11,327 nt of DNA from Azolla caroliniana (GCA_043228905.1 JBHGNT010001165.1:1-11327); one strand, 5' to 3'; counted from the first letter of the stretch, positions 1 to 8,822 are shown. Notes: generated by a model not told the origin, from the sequence alone. Program-made: numbers and translations.

Positions 1-366
1 GCGTCCTTCGCCTCCTCCTAAATAAATTCACTTTCTCTAAAGTAGCCCAATGGATTGTTAACAAGTTCTACGATATACTTATCTTCAAGCCAACCAAGTA
101 CTTTAGCACCTTATTGCATACATGTTCGAACTCAACTCCAGGTCGCGTATAATCACTCTCATTGCAATCAACCATGGCTACTCCAATATTAATTAATTTT
201 GGCTTTCTTTCTATAAACTTTCGTTCCAGCCAGGGAAACGGTGAAGGATAGTGATTTACGGCATGACTGTACAGTTTAGCCGTCACCACTTGTAATTTGA
301 GTCGATAGCCAAACACGGATTATGCCCTCTACGCAGACAGAGAACCGCCCAACCTAGCTGCGCAAA

Positions 367-394
367 TTGCTTGCTTGCTTGCTTGCTTGCTTGC
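367..394. repeat. (TTGC)7 microsatellite
   Basis: Seven perfect TTGC units read directly. Confidence 0.95.
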
Positions 395-861
395 CCCCTT
401 CTTGCGGATGCGGAAGAACTTGCTTGCTGCTAAGTTTTATTAGCGCAGGTGAAGGCCTTTCCGCTGTCTGTGAGGCGGATAACGGGCAATCTCACTCATT
501 GCGCTGTTTTATTGACTTCGCCACGGCACCACTTTTTTGGCGGATAAACGGCCTTCATGCTGCCGTTAGTCGAGGCGGCCCGATGAACCAGTGCAGCAGA
601 AAAGAATTTCGGTTATAGAATGGCCGGTCTCTTTCACTTGCTTCTGATCAAAGGCCGGCAGAGAAGTAGCCGTACAGATAGCATAGGCTGCGGCCTATTC
701 TTGCAGAGAAAACAACTTCGAGAATGATAACCCGTAGGTACCGGTGGGTTCGATCAGTCCCTGGAGTTCGCTAGGTGATATCTATACGGCAAGGAGGATA
801 TGAAGCTATCCCTACGGAATCCAATCCCTGTGGTCCTAGATCGGTCCCGAAGCACTAGTCC

Positions 862-908
862 GGTACCTGCTGCAATCAGTCCCTATGGTACTTGCTGCAA
901 CCAGTCCC
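862..908. repeat. Two-copy direct repeat, 22-bp unit, 25-bp period
   Basis: GGTACCTGCTGCAATCAGTCCC (862-883) vs GGTACTTGCTGCAACCAGTCCC (887-908); two C/T differences. Confidence 0.8.
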
Positions 909-1277
909 GAACCCAAAGGTTTGCTACGCTGCCGCTGTAGGCATAGTTGGTACCGATGTTCACTGAGATTGGGAATCCCCGCTTCGTGCTGATCGTATCG
1001 TATTCTCTTCGCTTATTGCAGCTGTGGTAATCGAGGCTTTGCTTTGTATTCTCGAAGTACGAACGCTAGCTGATCGCTTCGTATCCTTTCAACCGTTGAG
1101 GAGCTGCAACTGCTTGGCGTTGTCTATGGCCATGATTGTATCGCGGTTGGTTCGGGCGGGAATCAATCAAATCGCCACTTTTCACGCGCCCGCCGGTTCA
1201 TCCCGGAGGAACCGCACAGGAGTAATTCAGACTGTTTCTCTAGTCAATTTCGCGTGACCGTAAGACGCAATTCTGCA

Positions 1278-1349
1278 AGCGGAAAAAGGGACTCGAACCC
1301 TCAACTCCAGCCTTGGCAAGGCTATACTCTACCATTAAGCTATTTCCGC
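1278..1349 (-). tRNA. trnG-GCC: tRNA-Gly (GCC), plant mitochondrial type
   Basis: Reverse complement GCGGAAATAGCTTAATGGTAGAGTATAGCCTTGCCAAGGCTGGAGTTGAGGGTTCGAGTCCCTTTTTCCGCT. It has a 7-bp acceptor stem GCGGAAA/TTTCCGC, anticodon loop TTGCCAA and T loop TTCGAGT. Confidence 0.96.
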
Positions 1350-1368
1350 CAGCGGAACCAGAGCCGAG

Positions 1369-1442
1369 TGCGGTTCTTCCCCCGTAGAGAAAGCGCTATA
1401 GCTTTCGGGGGAAGAACCGCAATGAAGACTTCATTGCGGTTC
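1369..1442. repeat. Two overlapping perfect inverted repeats
   Basis: TGCGGTTCTTCCCCCG (1369-1384)/CGGGGGAAGAACCGCA (1406-1421), and GAACCGCAATGAAG (1414-1427)/CTTCATTGCGGTTC (1429-1442). Confidence 0.9.
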
Positions 1443-1892
1443 CCTTGGAACTATTGACTTGAGACTTCGATGACTCATCGATAGGTCCATGCCCGGAGAG
1501 ATTCGAACTATCCCGGATTCGAAGTTTGGTGCTCGAGCTACAGGCACAAGTTGACCTTACAGACCGAACAGAGGCTAGTAAAATCTAACGCTTAGCTTAG
1601 AAGGTCGTAAGATCAGACCAGACTTCGCCCGGAAAACGAACGTAAAGCATTGAAAGAGCGTTGCTTAGTGGCTGGCTTTGGCCGCCTTTACGACCCAAAG
1701 ACGAATCTCCGGGTCCCAGCTTATTATCCTGCAATGTTACGGATTGACTGTTACTGGTGCTAGGTAAGGAGTTTCAGTTTTGGGCGTCACTTTCGAAATA
1801 TCTCGAGTAATGGGTTCATGTGAGTGCATGAACAATCCAACTACTCTACTAGGCTGCTTCCCGCCCTGTTTCGCAGCTTGCTCCCCTTCGGC

Positions 1893-1940
1893 GGCACGGC
1901 ACGGCACGGCACGGCACGGCACGGCACGGCACGCACGCAC
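1893..1940. repeat. (GGCAC)8(GCAC)2 microsatellite
   Basis: Read directly from the sequence. Confidence 0.95.
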
Positions 1941-2035
1941 CTGTCTTCCCGCATTCCGTCCGCTGAGCGCAAAGCGTCGACAAAGAAAGCAGCTACCTTT
2001 TCATTATTATACTGTAATCCCAGCGCAAACAAAAA

Positions 2036-2048
2036 AACTGCCATGAAT
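2036..2048 (+). promoter_or_regulatory. AACWGCCATGAWT upstream motif (rpl6 copy)
   Basis: AACTGCCATGAAT begins 57 nt before the rpl6 ACG. The same 13-mer lies upstream of atp1 and cox1. Confidence 0.6.
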
Positions 2049-2092
2049 ATCGAGAACGGAACAAGAAGCCACAACGAAATCAAGTCAAGTCT

Positions 2093-2392
2093 ACGGAAGC
2101 TTAATCCGTTTGTTCTTCGTAAACAATTGGATACAAAGTCAGTACTAACCCATAAGGCTCTGTTTCAGATTCAAAACTAGGGTTCAGCTATGAGATTTGA
2201 CTCTAGGTCACGCCTTCGGTTTGTGTTTTCCGCTTGAAACATAATATCACTCGTTGTACCGGAACGGATCCCTGAAAAGTTACTTAATCCGCTGTTAGCG
2301 TCAAAAATTGTAAACCCCCTGAAGTTCATAAAGGAAGAGGTATAAAATATTGAAATGAAATTATACGTAGAAAACAAGGAGAAAAGAAACAA
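2093..2392 (+). CDS. rpl6: Mitochondrial ribosomal protein L6 (requires RNA editing)
   Basis: Genomic frame T(M)EA*SVCSS*TIGYKVSTNP*GSVSDSKLGFSYEI*L*VT...KPPEVHKGRGIKY*NEIIRRKQGEKK matches plant mt Rpl6 (GYKASTNPQGS, KLGFSHEIRLQV, KPPEVYKGKGI). It has an ACG start, 8 internal stops at Q/R-compatible positions, and CAA at 2390-2392 as the predicted edited stop. Confidence 0.9.
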
Positions 2393-2395
2393 ATC

Positions 2396-2839
2396 GCGTC
2401 ATATATTCCAGGAACCAAATCAGTTTCCAATAAATAAGTCAGACTTGCCTCAACCTAAATCTCCGGAACTGGACCCAAAAAAGCCACTTGGGTTTGTGAT
2501 TAATCAGGTCCCGGCGATAACACTAAGGTTAGTAATCTGACTCGGCACTAAATTGACCAGATTAGCATAATAGTACGTTGAAACAATTTCCTAGTTGATT
2601 CGGAATTAAAGAGAGAAATTTAGTAATATATCAAATGATTAATTAATATCAGCCGTTACCGCGGATTCCGTCACAAAGCAGGATTGCCATTACGTGGTTA
2701 ATGAACCTACAGCAATGTTAAGATCTGTCGCAAGTCAAGAAAAGTTTCAATCAATCAACGAAAGAAGAATAATTCGTTTTTCATTCACAAAAATGAGAGA
2801 AGGCAAGACGCCAGGAAGAAAACGAAACCGAAGGAATAG
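2396..2839 (+). CDS. rps13: Mitochondrial ribosomal protein S13 (requires RNA editing)
   Basis: Frame ASYIPGT...GTGPKKA...YRGFRHKAGLPLRG**TYSNVKICRK matches Rps13 (SYILG, FGIGPKKA, YRGFRH.AGLPLRGQRTH.NAKTCRK). The Met position holds GCG and there are 10 internal stops. The end is either genomic TAG 2837-2839 or an edited CAA/CGA at 2756-2761. Confidence 0.88.
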
Positions 2840-2841
2840 AA

Positions 2842-3288
2842 ATGAAGAATACAATTATGTAAAAGCAGCCTTCTGAACACTAGTAATAGTAGCCGCGCCG
2901 CTAACAGAAATGGGGAAAACACCACTAAAAGCCAAGAAAGCACCACGGTATTGCCCATACTTAACCAACTTTTAGTAATACTTTCATTATCATAATAAAT
3001 TGCAAGGGAGATGAAAGAACAGGGTCCTCCTCAGGTTGTTCAAGAGGGTTTAAGGGTTTCCGTCGCTCGGACAAGTATGCAGCTTAAGCAACTGCGGAAC
3101 GTGTCGCGTAAGCTGCCACTTAACCCGAAATTAGGTCAGTTGAAGTGAAAATAAAAGGAATTGGTCTTGTAAGAAAGGGATTTTCGCCGAAAAGTTCAAA
3201 AGAGGGAGGTCCTGTTACTATCAGAATTCACGACGTAATCCCAATGCTACATAATGGATGCTGACCCCCTAAAAAACGTCGTGTCTAA
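2842..3288 (+). CDS. rps11: Mitochondrial ribosomal protein S11 (requires RNA editing)
   Basis: HGIAHT*PTFSNT...GFKGFRRSDKYAA*ATAE...VEVKIKGIG...IHDVIPMLHNGC*PPKKRRV* matches Rps11 (GFKGSRRS..YAAQATAE; DVTPTPHNGCRPPKKRRV). In-frame ATGs at 2842 and 2857; 12 internal stops. Confidence 0.9.
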
Positions 3289-3858
3289 ATACCACCATAG
3301 AGCTATTTGTCTCTACTCACCAACGTCAGAAGGTTTGGATTGGTCCTACAGCCCAGCAGGTCATGGAAGGCTTGGCTCGAGCAAGGCGAAGGAATAAACC
3401 CGAATAGAGCAGCGAAGCGGGGAGATGGAATGGAAAAAGTCGACTCAAATTAGAATAATTGCAGTTTAGTTAATACCTTACTCGTCTATTCGTTCATCCA
3501 ATTTCTCCATACGACAAATATCCATTTTTTTTTGCCAATCGATCGAAAGAGTCGGCTCCGCGAAAGGTAGTTGCACTGCGGGGCTCACTCTGGAATTTGA
3601 TCCTATGATTTAGAGCTATGTGGATGCCCTCCCTCCGCGTAGTCCCTCACCTTTCAGTTGTATATATCTATTTCTCTCCGTCTCTGCATAGCTACGGATA
3701 CACGGCTTTAGCGCTTCATTCACCCAGTCTATTCTGTCAAAACTTACTTTCTTTATAATGCAAACCAACACTGGGGGAAGGTCCGATCCCTCCCCTCTAT
3801 ATCAATGACATGGTTCACCTCGTCGTGAGGTTACTTCCCTTTCCCATCTCTTTCTTGC

Positions 3859-3911
3859 TAGGAACTGCCATGAATGCAGGAGACTGCCCTGGGTATAAAG
3901 TGCCGAGGAAA
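3859..3911 (+). promoter_or_regulatory. 53-bp leader element shared with cox1 upstream region
   Basis: TAGGAACTGCCATGAATGCAGGAGACTGCCCTGGGTATAAAGTGCCGAGGAAA is 50/53 identical to the reverse complement of 10601-10653. Confidence 0.8.
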
Positions 3912-3935
3912 GGGATTCGACGGAAGAGAAAGGGA

Positions 3936-4305
3936 ACGAGATTGTTTAAAGCTAGAGCAACGGAATAACCATCTACTATCTCGGAAGAAAGAATTACCAA
4001 CTATCACACCAAATTGCCAGTGGATGAGATCGGTTGAGTGGTATCGGTTGGGGATGGAATTGCACGTGTTTATGGATCGAACAAGATTCAAGCAGGAGAA
4101 ATGGTAGAATTCGCCAGCGGTGTGAAAGGAATGGCTTCGAATTCTGAGAATGAGAATGTAGGAATTGTTATATCCGGTAGTGATACCGCCATTAAAGAAG
4201 GAGATATGGTCAAGCGCACTGGATCTATTGTGGACGTTCTTGTAGGAAAGGCCATGCCGGGTTGTGTAGTTGATGCGTTAGGAGTACTCATTGATGGAAA
4301 AGGTG
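3936..4305 (+). CDS. atp1: ATP synthase F1 alpha subunit, exon 1 only
   Basis: [36 protein letters not shown]...[14 protein letters not shown]...IDGKG. Stops at 3966 and 4035 are U-to-C candidates. The start is uncertain: in-frame ACG at 3936 or 3960, or ATG at 3870. Homology ends at GGT G|GGGCG. Confidence 0.92.
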
Positions 4306-4960
4306 GGGCGGCCGTTAGATCATCTGCGGTCGAAAAAGGTTGCATACAGGCATGAGACTAACCAGAACCCGCGAAGGGAGGCCGAGACCATAGCATGTCG
4401 CAAAAGAAAGCACGATTGAAGGCAAAGCGGACGAATGAAAATCATCGTGCAGCCCGGTAGTTTGGTGAAAGATGAGGCCGAAAGCAGCAAATCGGAGTCT
4501 TTTTCGGGTGACCATGCCCTATTCGTTCGTTCGACGTGTTGCCAGATAGACGCGGATATGCTCCCTGCCTGCTATAGGCACATTATGGTCAGGCCCGATT
4601 GAGTGCCACTTCTCCCGCCCGTAAACGAAAGTTTACAGCAAGCATGAGAGCGGATTACCTATCTATTCTATTGGGGACGGAAGACTGAACGACATCCCGG
4701 CAAGCCAAGCAAAGTGGGACCTTTCAACTCTTATCTTATTATGGTCCCAACCATCCGCAGGTAAAACCGGCGAGATCTTCGGCGGGAGGAAAGCCCCGGA
4801 AAGAAGTCAGAGGGCCCATACCACCTGCCTACCCTCCTAAGGCGGAACCGGCACTTGGTGAATGCCAAGTAGAAAACGGGAAGGAGCCTATGCATTTGTC
4901 ATGCCCGGAGTTCGAAACAGAATAACGAAAAGGCAAGCAAGTTTTACCTGACTTAACTGA
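4306..4960 (+). other. 5' part of group II intron atp1i361g2 (no domain V/VI or exon 2 seen)
   Basis: Begins GGGCG (GUGYG variant) in phase 1 directly after IDGKG, matching the fern atp1i361 site. The 3' boundary given is approximate. Confidence 0.7.
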
Positions 4961-4987
4961 AAAGCCTAGAAGTGTTTGTAATGCACA

Positions 4988-5061
4988 GCATCCTTAGCTC
5001 AGTCGGATAGAGCAACAACCTTCTAAGTTGAAGGTCACAGGTTCAAGTCCTGTAGGATGCG
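4988..5061 (+). tRNA. trnR-UCU: tRNA-Arg (UCU), mitochondrial type
   Basis: GCATCCTTAGCTCAGTCGGATAGAGCAACAACCTTCTAAGTTGAAGGTCACAGGTTCAAGTCCTGTAGGATGCG. Acceptor stem GCATCCT/AGGATGC, anticodon loop CTTCTAA. Confidence 0.95.
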
Positions 5062-5215
5062 GAAAGTGCACATTAGATTATATACCTACGGAATGCTTTG
5101 CCCTTGTTCAGGGCGGGCTAGCGGGTTCTTCCTTTCAACCGAACCTGCATCATGCTTCGGTCACTTTTCGCTATATTGGTATATGGGATTACTTGCCCCT
5201 TTTCACTTCTTTTTA

Positions 5216-5228
5216 AACAGCCATGATT
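5216..5228 (+). promoter_or_regulatory. AACWGCCATGAWT upstream motif (nad4L copy)
   Basis: AACAGCCATGATT begins 66 nt before the nad4L ACG and matches the other copies at 11/13 positions. It runs into TATAAAG, a heptamer also present in the atp1/cox1 leader. Confidence 0.55.
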
Positions 5229-5281
5229 ATAAAGAACCAATCTCACTACGATTTTTATGAAACGAAGAAAGACTTTTTCTT

Positions 5282-5584
5282 ACGGATCTGGTCAAATATT
5301 TGACATTTTCCATGATTTCCTCTCTTTCAGGTATTCAGGGAATTCTCTCAAATAGAAGGAATATTACTATTATGCCGACGCTAATTGAGTTAATGTTATT
5401 GGCTGTCAATTTGAACTCTCCGGTATTTTCTGTCTATTCGGATGATATGATGGGTTAATCACTCACTTTACTAGTGTTAACGGTGGCAGTTGCGGAATTC
5501 GCAATTGGGCTGGCCATTCCGGTGGTAACTTCTCGAATTCGCGGGACCATTGCCGTGGAATTTCCTAATCGCATGAAAGGTCGA
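5282..5584 (+). CDS. nad4L: NADH dehydrogenase subunit 4L (requires RNA editing)
   Basis: T(M)[11 protein letters not shown]...NRRNI...[11 protein letters not shown]...DDMMG*...[14 protein letters not shown]...[13 protein letters not shown], 100 codons. ACG start, TAA at 5456 (predicted CAA) and terminal CGA (predicted UGA). Confidence 0.93.
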
Positions 5585-5980
5585 GCACCATTAAACTCAT
5601 TGCACTTCGTTTTTCCTTCTTGAATACGAAGTATACTTTGGCATTAAGGGAGGAGATACGATTCGAATCTCTCTTTTGAAAGCGGATTTACTGAAATCAA
5701 ACGCTTTTTTCATTCGGCCACTTCCCGCTTCGACTTTCCGAGCCAAGATTAGGGTTTATTTTGATATATGAACCCGGGCATATACGGGCTTTATGAGGTT
5801 TTTTCATAAAACGAAATACTCCCGATAGAAAAGTAGGGTCCCATTCACCTTATTCGCTTGCACCACCGGCTTGCTAGAGGCTCTACCGTTTCCGAAGTAA
5901 TAACTTTTAATATATTAAGAAGAACAAAATAGAATCACCATGGCTAATACTTACTCTTTTACAGTCTGTCAGACTTTAAA

Positions 5981-6036
5981 CGGCTTCTTTTCTTTTCTTT
6001 TCTTTTCTTTCGGGCCTCGCCCAAGAAAGAAAGCCG
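5981..6036. repeat. (TTTTC)n tract inside an imperfect inverted repeat
   Basis: CGGCTTC(TTTTC)4TTTC GGGC-CTC-GCCC AAGAAAGAAAGCCG. Confidence 0.75.
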
Positions 6037-6305
6037 GATCAAGCCAGTTATAGGCTATAAACGTAACAATTGTTATTTGGATTTTCTTATTTACACGCCT
6101 GAAGTATCAGGCAACTGTTTGAGGTCCCACGCAGCAGCAGCACGGTCTCGCTGATTTGTTTAGTCGAACGAAAAGGTGTCGCAAAAGAGTTTGATGAGGT
6201 CCAATGGCCTCGTATATTTTGCTTATTCAACACTCACTGGAAGATCCTGCTACGCTACCGAGGCTGTGGGCATTGCTAATTCTTTGCCTCTTTGGAGTTC
6301 CCCTT

Positions 6306-6306
<1 letters not shown>

Positions 6307-6346
<40 letters not shown>
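6307..6346. repeat. (TTGC)10 microsatellite
   Basis: Ten perfect units read directly. Confidence 0.95.
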
Positions 6347-7224
6347 GCGGGCGGAAGAATGGGCACATGTCATTACAGCAGCGGAAGTGAAACCGGAGAC
6401 CTGGCGGGAGATTACACCCATTACTGCAAACACTACTAACGAAAAGGTTGGGCAAGAAGACTCAACGATGAAGCGGCACAAAATAACGTAACGAGGGCTA
6501 CGAGCAGTACAACAGCTACAGGCTGTATACATTCTAACCATCCATAGTGTTGGAAGCAAAAACGACGACTATCTCAATTATTGGGGGGAAAGGGGGTATA
6601 TTTTATTTTGCAAAAAGGGGATCACGGCTTAGCCCAACTCACTGCTGGATCTTATAGTAGACCGCTTCTTCAGCCACAATGAATGCATAAATGATGCTGC
6701 AAACCAAACCACTGCTAGCCAATATCTTACGACATCCAGGCCGCAGGTCGATTGGGGGTAAACTTCTGTAGGTCATATCGTTGATTTCTCTAGCGGAAAC
6801 GATGGCATCATTTTGAGGCTATTTCAATTCGTATTAGTAGCCTTTTGATCAATTATTGGACTTTTCTTTTTCCGTAGTCGTCGCAACGACCGACAGCGGC
6901 GAATGACGGGCGGGAGTATTCTCACCAACAGCCAAGGGAAAGCCATGGCACTTCAAGCGCTCTTTCGCTATTGACCCTTGCCGCCAGACAAAACTGTAAC
7001 TACAATAAGAAGTATTTCCGAAAAGCAAGCAGCTTTGGCCTATCAGGATCCCGGCCCTTATCTTCCGCATCTTCGGCCGTTGCACCGGCCGGGAAAGTAT
7101 CCGGAATGTAGGATGATCCGCCTTGTCAGTGGCCGTTCCGCTTACGGTTATTAGCTTTGGCTAATAACTTACTAAGAGATCATCAACCTGCCTCCCTCGT
7201 ATGGCAGGGATTGACTAAAGAACT

Positions 7225-7350
7225 GGGCTTGATCTTGGCCCGGAATGAACGCTAGCAATATGCCTAACACATGCAGCAAGTTGGACGTCGTTTCTGTTCT
7301 AATTCTATGGAACAGTTGAAGACGAAGTAGCGAACGAGAAAGCTAATACG
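7225..7350 (+). pseudogene. rrnS: Degenerate fragment of the 5' end of the small-subunit rRNA gene (mt rrnS-like)
   Basis: GGGCTTGATCTTGGCCCGGAATGAACGCTAGCAATATGCCTAACACATGCAGCAAGTTGGACG...GAAGTAGCGAACG resembles GAGTTTGATCCTGGCTCAGAAYGAACGCTAGC..ATGCTTAACACATGCAAGTCGAACG...AAGTAGCGAACGGG. It has many mismatches and an insertion, and similarity stops after about 125 nt. Confidence 0.65.
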
Positions 7351-7642
7351 GAATGGATTGTCCTTCTATTTGTAGTAGTTTGTTTCGGTATTCTGGTATC
7401 TTTCCTTTGTTCTTCATTATGCGTAAAAGTTCAAGTTCTCTTCGCTGCAGGATCTGCTCGTCTTTTGCGGATGCGGACCACTTTTCTCTGCCGGTCAAGC
7501 ACCAAGCTTATCATTGGGGAGGACCCGATGATGGTACGCGGCTGAACGCCAAAGTGATTTGCGTAACCAGAACTGACAGCTAAGGGCAAGGTTACAAGCG
7601 GCGAAAAATAGGAATCAGGCATGTTCCATTCGGTGGTTCCGG

Positions 7643-8822
7643 TTGCTTAAGACTGGTTTCCCTGATAGCTGAAAGTTCTCCAAAAGTATGAAAAGCTGGA
7701 GGGCTTTATACCATCCATTCGAATGTGGTTGAATTCTATTCACCAGCCCGAGGACTTAGAGCACACTTGTTCCCACTGCTCGAAGTTTTGAAAACTACTA
7801 CAAAAGAACGAGGGATCCCCGGTACGAGAACATAAGGGCCGAAACTACTTGAGGCATTCCGTCCGACGTAAGCATCTGGATAATCAGGGATGCAACATGG
7901 CATGCCCGAAGGACCTGGGAGATGCGTGAGAGAGAGAGTCAGATTCGCTCCAAGGAAAGTAATCCAAAGATAAATTTAACCCGAAGTCTCTAGGTATTAA
8001 AGACCAGGCATTTTACCTATCCGGTAGTAGAACCCTACGAATAAAGCAGAAACAGCTCCCGTAAGAAATGCATGATAGGAATATGCAGCCACGTGATAAG
8101 TATCATATAGAGCAACGTCTATCCCGAAATTAGCCGAGACTATACCAGTAAGTCCTCCTATAGTAAACGGAAAAGTAGACCCTACTGCAAATGACATGAG
8201 TGTTTTGTATTATATTGAGCCTCCCCACATGATGGCAATCCGACTAGGAACCTTGATTCCAATAAGCACGACAATAATCATGATGGCCGCCGTGAAGTAG
8301 GCACGTGTATCCACGTCTGAGCCTACAGTAGACGTATAATAAGCCCGAGCAGTAAATCCAGGAACTCCAATACTGATCATGGCATACACCGTGCCTGAAT
8401 AACCGAAGACAGGTTTTCTGGGGAGAGTGGAGACGATATAACTAATGATACCAAGTCCTGACGGAATAAAAGTATGAACCTCTAGATAACCGGGGAGCCG
8501 AGAAGGATGCTAGTATAAGATAGGGTCCCCTCCTCCAGCAGGGTCAGAAGAGATGATATTAGAGTTTCAATCGGTTGATGACATGGTAATTGCACCCGCC
8601 GGTACGAGAGGAGGTGGTAAAGGTAGGAATGCTGTCACTGAAACGAACCGAACGGATAGGGATAATCTATGCATGGTCATTCCGGGTCCGCGCGTGTTAA
8701 GGATAATGGTTATAAAATTAATGAAACCTAAAATAAAGAAAACACCTGATAGGTAGAGACTAGAAGTGGCTAAATCAACAGCTCCTCCGGAATGACTGGT
8801 TATACTACTCAGAGGGGGATAG
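7643..8822 (-). CDS. cox1: Cytochrome c oxidase subunit 1, exon 2 (requires RNA editing)
   Basis: [18 protein letters not shown]...[11 protein letters not shown]...[10 protein letters not shown]...GGLTGIV...[15 protein letters not shown]. One frame with no net frameshift; the differences from consensus that I checked are C/T. The end is an edited CAA at 7645-7643 (524 codons from the canonical start) or genomic TAA at 7594-7592. Confidence 0.96.

Noticed and set aside
862-908. CRISPR-like repeats
   Set aside because: Only two units with a 3-nt gap, in an organellar context with no cas genes.
1737-2180. ORFs with RAVPC/ARHGT repeats, and LACL/ASKQ ORFs at 367 and 6176-6559
   Set aside because: They are artefacts of stop-free microsatellites.
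3549-3607. Possible group II intron domain V/VI
   Set aside because: The AGC triad and 34-nt DV geometry are not satisfied, and no exon follows.
1488-4916. CATGCCCGGAG...TTCGAA shared at ~1488 and ~4900 near tRNAs
   Set aside because: Only an 11-nt match, in inconsistent orientation relative to the two tRNAs, with no cloverleaf.
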